IMG/VR virus record: IMGVR_UViG_3300036762_000065
Span: 128,001-192,000 of that record
Direction: 5' to 3' (one strand)
DNA from: a virus
Taxonomy: Duplodnaviria > Caudoviricetes
Length of the DNA: 64,000 bases
Shown here piece by piece: positions 39,992 through 47,920 of this stretch. A model generated the notes under the pieces. That model had not been told where the DNA came from. It was given only the letters and a program-made list of their open reading frames with translations, and made no database searches. Position numbers and translations under genes: made by a program. Position 1 is the stretch's first letter; the number at the start of each line of letters is the position of its first letter.

Positions 39992-40052
39992 GCGCATAAC
40001 ACAGTATTAGACGGCTACGTCTTTGTAGTCCGTTGATGCGGGTTGTTATGTG
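39992..40052 (+). repeat. attC-like site D
   Basis: GCATAAC-ACA-GTATTAGACGG-CTACGTCTTTGTAGT-CCGTTGATGC-GGGTT-GTTATGT hairpin. Confidence 0.7.
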
Positions 40053-40075
40053 ATTATTAATTTAGGAGGTGAATT

Positions 40076-40198
40076 ATGTTCGATGTTGACAATTTAGAGA
40101 AAAGAATCGAGAAACTTGAAGAAGCTATTTTAGACTTGACTAACGAAAACGCAAAAATGAAAGCGTTATTAGAAAATATTATAGCAGCACTAATCTAA
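40076..40198 (+). CDS. 40-aa coiled-coil peptide
   Basis: AGGAGG RBS; MFDVDNLEKRIEKLEEAILDLTNENAKMKALLENIIAALI. Confidence 0.6.
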   Translation: MFDVDNLEKRIEKLEEAILDLTNENAKMKALLENIIAALI

Positions 40199-40210
40199 TT
40201 TGGAGGATAT

Positions 40211-40315
40211 ATGAGTATTCAATGGGTTCGTGGTCACAGTGGTAACGCAGGTAACGAAATTGCAGATAAACTATGTGGTGATGCTGCAAGGGCACTTAGA
40301 GATAGAACCTTGTAA
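40211..40315 (+). pseudogene. 34-aa ORF equal to the C-terminal fragment of RNase HI
   Basis: MSIQWVRGHSGNAGNEIADKLCGDAA matches the RNase HI WV.GH.G...NE.AD.LA motif; GGAGG RBS. Confidence 0.7.
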
Positions 40316-40409
40316 ATAACAATTAAGTATAGGAGGAATAATATGCAACCTATTTTATTTATAGTAATAAATGTAACCATATACGATGTACTGAACAAGG
40401 AACTTTATA

Positions 40410-40883
40410 ATGCATAACTATGACCTTAACATAACAAATAATCAGTTACAGGTAATTGAATTTACAGTGCAGTTTTTTGAATTTGTTCATAAGTTTAGTA
40501 TAGAAACAAAGGCAAATATGACAGGGCTTGATATCATCAATTGGGCACTTGATGAGGTCTACGTGAATTTACCTATGACAGATGACCAACAACAATTGTC
40601 ATATATAAATTTTATAGGTCCTGAAGGGGAGCTAACTGTAGCAGACGATGACAATGAAGGTAGGGCTTGGTTAGGTCGTATGGTTACTGAAGTACGTATT
40701 ATTAGCCAGGTAAGTGATAAAGGTATAGCTTATAGACACCGCTATAAAGAATCTAATGAACACACGGTTAATTTCGGTCAATGGTCTGATTGGGAATACT
40801 GTGATGAAGATAAATATAATGAAATTTGTGCTTATATAAAGTCCGGGTATACGTACGAAGCTCAGAGGTTAGTATCCGGATAA
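40410..40883 (+). CDS. Hypothetical two-domain protein
   Basis: AAGGA RBS; C-terminal domain shared with 37815..38306. Confidence 0.7.
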   Translation: MHNYDLNITNNQLQVIEFTVQFFEFVHKFSIETKANMTGLDIINWALDEVYVNLPMTDDQQQLSYINFIGPEGELTVADDDNEGRAWLGRMVTEVRIISQVSDKGIAYRHRYKESNEHTVNFGQWSDWEYCDEDKYNEICAYIKSGYTYEAQRLVSG

Positions 40884-40909
40884 CATAAAGAGTTTACGAG
40901 GCTTTAAGA

Positions 40910-41410
40910 ATGGAACCAACTTATTTTTTAAGAACAGCTTGGGATAGTGAATGGGCTGAAGTGACTAAAAACCAGTTCATATGTGCGGAACGAGATGCAG
41001 GATTTTATCCTAAAAGCGGAAAAGAAGATGAATGTGCTACAGGCGGGTTTGGTTCCGCTTTTGGTGTGTCAGGTAGAATAATCTACAACGAAGAGGAAAT
41101 AAAAATGAGTAAGAAATCGTTAGGTAACACAGACGTAAATGGTGCAAAGAAAAACGTAAGCGACCTTGTTGTATATGGTGACGGCGATCTGTTTAAACTT
41201 TTGTCCAAAGCAAGCAGCCAGAACGAAGGCTGGATGAAAAGCACAAAAGCAATGGAAATAGAAGGTGTTGGTTGTGTTGTTCAAGTAACTACGCAACAAG
41301 GTAAGCATGTTGCAGAAGCCTTAACTTTTGTGCCTGGTGTTCGCATTGAGGAATCTGTATTGGATGAAGATACAGATATTGCTGTAAGTCGAAAGTTGGT
41401 GGCTATATAA
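40910..41410 (+). CDS. Hypothetical phage protein, possibly with a second start at 41105
   Basis: KASS..EGWMKSTKAMEI.G.GC.VQVTTQQ block; internal GAGGA plus in-frame ATG. Confidence 0.7.
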   Translation: MEPTYFLRTAWDSEWAEVTKNQFICAERDAGFYPKSGKEDECATGGFGSAFGVSGRIIYNEEEIKMSKKSLGNTDVNGAKKNVSDLVVYGDGDLFKLLSKASSQNEGWMKSTKAMEIEGVGCVVQVTTQQGKHVAEALTFVPGVRIEESVLDEDTDIAVSRKLVAI

Positions 41411-41437
41411 TTGAGTTTTATTTGATGGAGTAGAGTT

Positions 41438-42001
41438 ATGAGAATAAATATAATAGCAGCAGTCTCCATAAACGGAATTATAGGACATGACGGAAGATTG
41501 CCTTGGAAGTTGAAGGCAGATATGGAATTCTTCAAAAAGATGACGTCCAACAAGATTGTCATAATGGGCAGAAAAACATTTGAATCAATAGGACGAGCTT
41601 TGCCTAATAGAGTTAATATTGTTATAACTTCGGATCCTACTTGTGGACAAGATTGTGATATTTTAAATGCGTCTGATTTTACAAGCGCATTAGAATTGGC
41701 TGCAATTTGTATAGAGCAGAATAAAGACGAGGAAGGCATAGATTACGAGGACGTATTTATAATAGGTGGAAGTAGTGTATACGAACAAGCCTTAGACGTT
41801 GCAGACCGTATGTATATAACACAAGTGCATGAGATTGTTGAAGGTACTGTACGATTCCCGTCTATTGATACCCATAAATGGAATAAAGATACACTGCTTA
41901 ACTCGAAAAAATGCAATGATAACGAATATGATTTTTCTATAGTGCAGATGGATAAGATCAAAGCTCCTTCTTACATTTATTCCAGAAGTTGTTGCAACTA
42001 A
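41438..42001 (+). CDS. folA: Dihydrofolate reductase
   Basis: IAAV..NG.IG..G.LPW.L..DM..FK..T, IMGRKTFESIG..LP.R.N, IIGG..VY. Confidence 0.96.
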   Translation: MRINIIAAVSINGIIGHDGRLPWKLKADMEFFKKMTSNKIVIMGRKTFESIGRALPNRVNIVITSDPTCGQDCDILNASDFTSALELAAICIEQNKDEEGIDYEDVFIIGGSSVYEQALDVADRMYITQVHEIVEGTVRFPSIDTHKWNKDTLLNSKKCNDNEYDFSIVQMDKIKAPSYIYSRSCCN

Positions 42002-42011
42002 TAGGTGTATC

Positions 42012-42233
42012 ATGAACTTTCTAAGTCTATTGATAATAGTAAACCTAGTACTGCTAACTATTTTAATCGGTTTTTACATACTACCATTTAGACCTATTAA
42101 CGTCAAGCATAAAAGGAGACCTAGAGAAGATTGTGAGGATTGTTTAGGTACAGGAGTTATTAATAAAAACGATATGTTGTGGGAAGCGGAATGCCCTTGT
42201 AGATTAAAAACTCCTACGAAAAGTGAACATTAA
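42012..42233 (+). CDS. Membrane-anchored small Zn-finger protein
   Basis: N-terminal TM; CEDCLGTG...CPC. Confidence 0.65.
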   Translation: MNFLSLLIIVNLVLLTILIGFYILPFRPINVKHKRRPREDCEDCLGTGVINKNDMLWEAECPCRLKTPTKSEH

Positions 42234-42255
42234 TATATTAACTAAGGAAATATTT

Positions 42256-42510
42256 ATGGAAAATCAAAACGAAAGCAATGCACTTACAGGCACAAGTAAA
42301 GTCATAGAAGGAACATATGGCAAAGTAAATCCTATAATGAAATACTTTGAATACGAGCATTTGCCGCAACATTTACAAGATGTTAGTGCACCTGTTTGTG
42401 AATTAGCAAAGAAGATGGATCGAGAGTTGCCGGAAAATGCGGAGAAAGAAGCAGGTCTTCGTAAACTACTCGAAGCTAAGGATTGCTTTGTACGCTCATT
42501 GGTGAAATAA
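42256..42510 (+). CDS. Helical-hairpin phage protein (possible Acb2/Tad1-hairpin-like)
   Basis: YF.Y.HLP..LQ.VS.P...LA......LP...EK..GLRKLLEAKDC.VR; AAGGA RBS before ATG 42256. Confidence 0.65.
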   Translation: MENQNESNALTGTSKVIEGTYGKVNPIMKYFEYEHLPQHLQDVSAPVCELAKKMDRELPENAEKEAGLRKLLEAKDCFVRSLVK

Positions 42511-42558
42511 AGTATTGCACAGTATGCGATTGTAATTTCTCTAATACAGGAGAATACT

Positions 42559-42793
42559 ATGGATACAGATTACAGATTACAGATTCTTTGGAATAAAGTA
42601 CACAAAGCAAACACTCACAGCATTACTTGACGAAGACATTACACTTTACAGGGAACGTATAAGTTCCCTAAAGCAAGTGACAAATGTTGATGTAACCGAG
42701 ATGATTGAAGTGTATGAGTCTATAAAAAACAGATTGTTTACAAAAAACAATTTAGAGACAAGGCTTGTATCCGAACAATATACATACAGGTGA
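42559..42793 (+). pseudogene. 75-aa gene frameshifted by an extra 7-bp repeat unit
   Basis: AGGAG RBS, ATG 42559, ACAGATT x3; with x2 the frame is open to TGA 42793. Confidence 0.65.
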
Positions 42794-43116
42794 TTATTAT
42801 GTTGGTAAAAATTCATAGATCGGAAGGATTTCGTGCATACATGGAAGCCAAAAACGTTCAAGTCTTTGATATGAATTCCGTAGAAGACAAAGATGAAATT
42901 AATTTAGAATACGACAAACGTATTGAAACGCAGAACAGGGCACAAGACAAGAAGGATTATTTAAAGTTGAGAGATTCGTTAGTAGGCATGTTACGTATAC
43001 TGGTTAGCGGAGAAGACGTAAAGGACAGTTACATTGTTAAATTTGTCTTTGCTAATGATATCATATCTATAAATGCAGAACATATACCTTTCGGTGCGTT
43101 CACAACCAAATCATAG
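42790..43116 (+). CDS. Hypothetical protein
   Basis: ORF track; same strand as neighbours. Confidence 0.6.
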   Translation: MIIMLVKIHRSEGFRAYMEAKNVQVFDMNSVEDKDEINLEYDKRIETQNRAQDKKDYLKLRDSLVGMLRILVSGEDVKDSYIVKFVFANDIISINAEHIPFGAFTTKS

Positions 43117-43125
43117 GAAGCACAA

Positions 43126-43464
43126 ATGCAACACAACGTAGTTGTTAATGTGGACACGCAAACACATGTGTTAGAAGATCCTAACTTCATTGTACATAAC
43201 TTCACTAATATACCTAAACATGAAGAATTCTACGCTATAATGCAATGGCCTGGAGGTTGCGTAAAAGAAAATGATAAATACAGCACGTATAAAATAGATG
43301 TTGATAGGATAAATGCAGCACACCGATTAACATACAGTGCCTTTAAGTTAGGTAAGATAAAAGCAAGCGATGCCAGTTTAATAAACGCATTCATAGAAAA
43401 GTTGCTGGCATTTATGAAACTCAAATCGTTAACGAGTTTAATACTAATAAGGAGTGTAAACTAA
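43126..43464 (+). CDS. Hypothetical protein
   Basis: AGGA RBS. Confidence 0.6.
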   Translation: MQHNVVVNVDTQTHVLEDPNFIVHNFTNIPKHEEFYAIMQWPGGCVKENDKYSTYKIDVDRINAAHRLTYSAFKLGKIKASDASLINAFIEKLLAFMKLKSLTSLILIRSVN

Positions 43465-43465
43465 T

Positions 43466-43714
43466 ATGTATTCAGATAAGTTGGAAGTTAAAAAAATTAT
43501 CGCAACAACAGTACTTGTAGTAGTATTGCCTATTGCAATGATGGTCACTACGTATAACATTACGGTAGCAAAAACAATTAATATAGAAACTAGAATGGAT
43601 GAACTGGAGCATAAAATCTCCCTTATAGAAGCTCGCTATAAGTACAACACCGCTATGTTTAAACAAGAGCTGGACTCCTTGCAGGACAGATTAAGGCTGC
43701 TCCAGCAAAAATAA
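43466..43714 (+). CDS. Small TM plus coiled-coil protein
   Basis: Hydrophobic IIATTVLVVVLPIAMMV followed by heptads. Confidence 0.6.
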   Translation: MYSDKLEVKKIIATTVLVVVLPIAMMVTTYNITVAKTINIETRMDELEHKISLIEARYKYNTAMFKQELDSLQDRLRLLQQK

Positions 43715-43729
43715 TTTACAGGTGTGTAA

Positions 43730-44362
43730 ATGAAAGACCAACTGTTAATAAACGCTGTGAATATTATATTTGAACAGGTCAGCAGACTGTATGATGCTTA
43801 TGGAGAATTCATAAACGTAAATAACATTCAAACCAATGAAATGTTGCGCATATCCTCTGCAATAGAAACTGCGGTTAATATAGAGTACAACTATATGCTT
43901 GGGAAAGTAGTTCCAGATTCTTTGTATGTAAAAGCAAAAAGAGTACATTACCAATGCAAACGTGAGCTTATTCGATCAAAACATATGTCGTTCGAAAACG
44001 CTTTCGACACAGACACTTCAAACGTCAGGCGAATAACTGAGGTATTGAGTAACTGTAAACTACGTGCTTGTATAGAAGACAATACTGGAGGTATATATGT
44101 AATGCCCACAGTATTGTTGGATAGAATAAGTACGTTAGAGCCTTTTATAGTGTGGTACTTAAAAAATGTTCTGGACGAAGTGTCTCGTAGGTACGTATGT
44201 GCCCATATAAAATACCCTCCGGAGATGTCGGCAAACGATATGATTAAAGACATAAACAGGCGCTTAGACCTAAAAGAACAGGAAATGCGCAACTCCGGCG
44301 CTGGTGATTTCTATTGTCATGTACTTAGTTATATGGGTATATTTGATAAAACTCGAATATAG
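43730..44362 (+). CDS. Hypothetical protein, tandem paralogue 1
   Basis: Aligns with 44375..44998 (YQCKRELI, LRA, Y(L/M)G). Confidence 0.75.
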   Translation: MKDQLLINAVNIIFEQVSRLYDAYGEFINVNNIQTNEMLRISSAIETAVNIEYNYMLGKVVPDSLYVKAKRVHYQCKRELIRSKHMSFENAFDTDTSNVRRITEVLSNCKLRACIEDNTGGIYVMPTVLLDRISTLEPFIVWYLKNVLDEVSRRYVCAHIKYPPEMSANDMIKDINRRLDLKEQEMRNSGAGDFYCHVLSYMGIFDKTRI

Positions 44363-44374
44363 AAGAGAATACGT

Positions 44375-44998
44375 ATGACAGACAAGTTAATAAGTAATGC
44401 AGTTAAGCTACTGTTGGATAATGTCATAGATAGATATAATTCTTACGGTAACCAAATTAAGATAGACAACTGCGGTGCGTCTGTTATAAAGAAAATCTCT
44501 TTGTCTGTAGAAACTGCTTTTAAACTACAAGGCAAGTACATAAAGGAAAATCCTATAAATAAGGATTATGCAAGTCTAGTTTTATTCATACAATACCAAT
44601 GCAAACGTGAACTTATAGTAGGAGACATTCAAACATTCTCAGAAACGTTTGATGTGGATAGCGAGCAACTACAAAATATTAAAAACTTTGTAGGGAATCG
44701 GGTCAGCTTACGTGCATTCGTAGTGAACCAAGACACACCGAATCCGAATGTTGTTGTTAGCCATAATGTAAATCTAGCTAGATGTTGTAAAGTACACAGA
44801 GAAGCAGGATGGTACATAGCAAACGCTGTCGAGGAAGTGGTTAAACTATATATGCCGCAATTTGAGTATGCTCACGGTATGACATTGGAGCAGATGGTTA
44901 AATACACAAACGAAAGACTAAAAGAGTATGAACAAGAACAAGAGCAGTTAACAGGATATAATATGCACAGTTGTCTAATCAATTATTTAGGATGGTAG
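44375..44998 (+). CDS. Hypothetical protein, tandem paralogue 2
   Basis: Aligns with 43730..44362. Confidence 0.75.
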   Translation: MTDKLISNAVKLLLDNVIDRYNSYGNQIKIDNCGASVIKKISLSVETAFKLQGKYIKENPINKDYASLVLFIQYQCKRELIVGDIQTFSETFDVDSEQLQNIKNFVGNRVSLRAFVVNQDTPNPNVVVSHNVNLARCCKVHREAGWYIANAVEEVVKLYMPQFEYAHGMTLEQMVKYTNERLKEYEQEQEQLTGYNMHSCLINYLGW

Positions 44999-45045
44999 GC
45001 CTGTTTACGTCAACAGCGCCAATTACAAGAAAAACGGTGAATTAG

Positions 45046-45612
45046 ATGGATAAGGATATGAGCAACAAACGTTTACACAAACAAGAACCTGTATTTACAA
45101 AACCCATAACAGACTACACAATGTTTAAGCAATCTATGCTGCTTCGACTTATGGCAATGGCTCGTACAATTGAAATGACTCACGTTGAACAGAATGATTG
45201 TGGTACACAAGAGAGTCTTGGGTTAAGAAGTTTAATATTACCTACAGTAACTTACGAACTCATCCGAATAAAGAAACAGGACGCTCAAGAAATATACATC
45301 TATGTATGTACAGCCGATGAAGAAACTGTGTCTAGGAATTGCTGTGTGTATGCGAATGGTGATGTATTGGTATGGGGAGCGTGGATGGTAGAACTATTAG
45401 AAGCACTACCATCCACATACGAGAAAGTAAGAACAAAGTACTATGATTTGATAATTAAACGGCGTACAGAAGAAAATCTGTTACCTGAAATGACAGAACC
45501 TTGGACAGCTAAAGAAATCGCGGAGTTTAATAGAAACTTTAACAACAGTATGTTCGTTTCAAAAGAAGTATTAGACGAACACTATAAAAATTTCGAATAC
45601 GTTATCTATTGA
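45046..45612 (+). CDS. Hypothetical protein
   Basis: Last plus-strand gene; stop overlaps the convergent gene. Confidence 0.65.
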   Translation: MDKDMSNKRLHKQEPVFTKPITDYTMFKQSMLLRLMAMARTIEMTHVEQNDCGTQESLGLRSLILPTVTYELIRIKKQDAQEIYIYVCTADEETVSRNCCVYANGDVLVWGAWMVELLEALPSTYEKVRTKYYDLIIKRRTEENLLPEMTEPWTAKEIAEFNRNFNNSMFVSKEVLDEHYKNFEYVIY

Positions 45613-46073
45613 AACCACTCATCTTTCATTTCTAATGTAGGTTCATCTAACGTAGGGCTAATCCAGAAATCTCTAGGCTGACACCAATAAGCGGGGGCGT
45701 TTTCAAGCACGTTAATATTTGCATGAATGAACGCCTCTTGTACCAACTCACTACAAAACCACTTATTAGGTTTGTGTGTGTTCTTAAACAGCGCAAAACC
45801 TAAATAAGCACGCCAATCGTATTTCCCTCCTATGTGTGAGTGTAGAAAATCATAAAACTTCTGATACTGTTCTTCCGTCACTTTAAGAGTACGGTAACGT
45901 CTATTAATGAGATGGCTAAAGTCAGTAAATTTATGTACACCTACTGTTCTTGCGCCTATCGCATAGTCTTTAAACATGATCTCAACATGGCTGAATTCAC
46001 AACGTTGTGTCCATCGTAAGAAGGCACTCGATAATCTCTTAGTAGTACTGAAAGCTATAACTATTGTTTTCAT
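45606..46073 (-). CDS. Permuted papain-like (NlpC/P60, YiiX-type) peptidase/amidase
   Basis: FSHVE...G.KYDW...WFCSELV (His before Cys). Confidence 0.85.
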   Translation of the reverse strand: MKTIVIAFSTTKRLSSAFLRWTQRCEFSHVEIMFKDYAIGARTVGVHKFTDFSHLINRRYRTLKVTEEQYQKFYDFLHSHIGGKYDWRAYLGFALFKNTHKPNKWFCSELVQEAFIHANINVLENAPAYWCQPRDFWISPTLDEPTLEMKDEWFQ

Positions 46074-46079
46074 ATAATG

Positions 46080-46799
46080 TTAAACTCCTGGCGGCTTAGG
46101 TCTATATAATTCCAATCTTCCGAATATCTTAAATGCTTGTGGTGCGTCCTCTCCATAAAGTCCTGTGGCGTTACGTACAGTAATTCTAACAGTAAGTCCT
46201 TGTGGTAAACTAGCCCTGTCTTCTGTGTTGAGAGTAATTGGATAGTCTCCGTATATAGGAACTTCCTTACCAAAATATAGTAAGTGTCCGTATACAGGAT
46301 GTCGGACTGCAATATCTACAGTTGCTCCAAAAGGCGCATTCTTACAATGAACCAATCCGTCTTTTAGATAAACTAATTCATTAAAATTCAAATCGACTGT
46401 CTTTTCAACATCAGATGCCTCCATACTAAAAAACATCCGCTCGCCATCACCTATACCGGCACCATCACCACGAGAAGTGAAGTAACTATAGTGATTCATA
46501 GGCCTAGGAGATGAATAGACGTAGGGTATTTTAGAATCATCCTCTGCTCGTAAAAATTCTGTTTGTATGGTGTCATTAGGTGCTACATAATTCGACGCAC
46601 TATGGGCACCTACTATGCTGTCTAGGGCATCGTTATCTGTTGTAGGTAATGCTGCCTTAAACCACACACTTGTCGTAGTAGTACCAGCATCGTAATCTAT
46701 GTGGTCTAATGCTATGGTTATTGCAGAACTGGCCTCTATTTCATCCGACAAAAGAGCCGGATGAGATTCCTTGTTATATTCATATTTTACCGAACTCAT
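46080..46799 (-). CDS. Putative virion structural protein
   Basis: In the fibre operon, coupled to neighbours. Confidence 0.6.
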   Translation of the reverse strand: MSSVKYEYNKESHPALLSDEIEASSAITIALDHIDYDAGTTTTSVWFKAALPTTDNDALDSIVGAHSASNYVAPNDTIQTEFLRAEDDSKIPYVYSSPRPMNHYSYFTSRGDGAGIGDGERMFFSMEASDVEKTVDLNFNELVYLKDGLVHCKNAPFGATVDIAVRHPVYGHLLYFGKEVPIYGDYPITLNTEDRASLPQGLTVRITVRNATGLYGEDAPQAFKIFGRLELYRPKPPGV

Positions 46800-47389
46800 T
46801 TACCAACCCTCTGTATGTCAATTCTACCATCCCACATCGAAGCAAGGACATTTTTCTTACCACTAGCGTAACGTAGTTTAAATGTCTGTACACCGTCCAG
46901 TCTCATTGTTTTAAAATAACTAACTGGTATGTTTTGGGAACTTCCTGTAGAGAAAAACGTTCCTCCTGCTTCATTCGGTTCCTGCGTATGGCAATAAATC
47001 TCAGTATCGTTATGTAATAGTTGTGCCCAGAAATTACCGCCGGTATGATTAAAATTCCACATGTATGCCCAACTGACTCTATACAAACCATCTTCCAGTT
47101 CATCTGTTGTCAGACTTAGGAAATCAACATAGTCATAGGATGTGGTGGATTTAATAGCACAATGTTCTGCACCTGCATAGTAAGCCGTAAATGGTTCTGC
47201 AACATTGCCGAAATTTATAGGTCCAAGAAACTTATCATTGTTGAAAGCATCGCCTATCTCACAGCTTCCTGTTTCGGCAGTAATGTTTATCCATCTGTAC
47301 GCATTCAATTCTCTTTTGTTTGCAGTAATGTTATCGTGAGGCGCTTCGGACTTATCGACAACAGCACCGTTTTTTACGAGTGCCCACAT
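46796..47389 (-). CDS. Putative fibre-associated protein
   Basis: WALV.NG.V...C.IGD start; beta-rich C-terminus. Confidence 0.6.
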   Translation of the reverse strand: MWALVKNGAVVDKSEAPHDNITANKRELNAYRWINITAETGSCEIGDAFNNDKFLGPINFGNVAEPFTAYYAGAEHCAIKSTTSYDYVDFLSLTTDELEDGLYRVSWAYMWNFNHTGGNFWAQLLHNDTEIYCHTQEPNEAGGTFFSTGSSQNIPVSYFKTMRLDGVQTFKLRYASGKKNVLASMWDGRIDIQRVGK

Positions 47390-47398
47390 ATTTATCTC

Positions 47399-47920
47399 CT
47401 ATACCCAATTAGGGCCGTTATAAGCTTCTAGCTGGGTGATGTTGTATGTCATTACTGTAGTTATATCAGACCTACGCACACCTTCAATATGTCCGTACAT
47501 TACTTTCAATGCGGCCTTGGCGGCGTCATACTGTGCAACTACTAAAGCAGCTAGGTATTCCACGGTCTCGCCTGTGTGCGAAGTCTCTGCATTCATTATA
47601 GGTGTCGGTGTAGAATTCAGAACGAGGTAGGCAGAAGCCTCTGTATACTTCTCCTCGTATGTTCTTATTTGTTCTGAATCTTCTGTACCTAAAACTGCAT
47701 AGTAGCGACTAAGGCGTTCGCTATTTGCCTCATCTCGAATTTTATTCGTAATGAGTTTCCTATAGTATGTTAGCCTATCTGCCTCAAGCGTAATTTCATC
47801 CACTGAATCACCGACTTCCCAAACTATGGACGCGTAAGATTCAGGATCAGTAGAACTAACCTGCTTGTCAGGGTACATAGCACCAATTACAGATATTAAT
47901 GATGGTTTTTCTACATACAT
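47399..47920 (-). CDS. Putative tail fibre assembly chaperone
   Basis: TY..K..EA..Y......TP...AE....G....LA..V......IEG.R pattern. Confidence 0.65.
   Translation of the reverse strand: MYVEKPSLISVIGAMYPDKQVSSTDPESYASIVWEVGDSVDEITLEADRLTYYRKLITNKIRDEANSERLSRYYAVLGTEDSEQIRTYEEKYTEASAYLVLNSTPTPIMNAETSHTGETVEYLAALVVAQYDAAKAALKVMYGHIEGVRRSDITTVMTYNITQLEAYNGPNWV

Noticed and set aside
38375-40052. CRISPR array
   Set aside because: Repeats are divergent palindromes separated by 230-870 nt gene-containing segments, not 30-40 nt spacers; no cas genes.
41405-41443. attC remnant before DHFR (TTGATGGAGTAGAGTTATG resembles the right arm of site B), suggesting a dfr cassette
   Set aside because: No complementary left arm or hairpin and no site after the gene; GGAG is simply the RBS.
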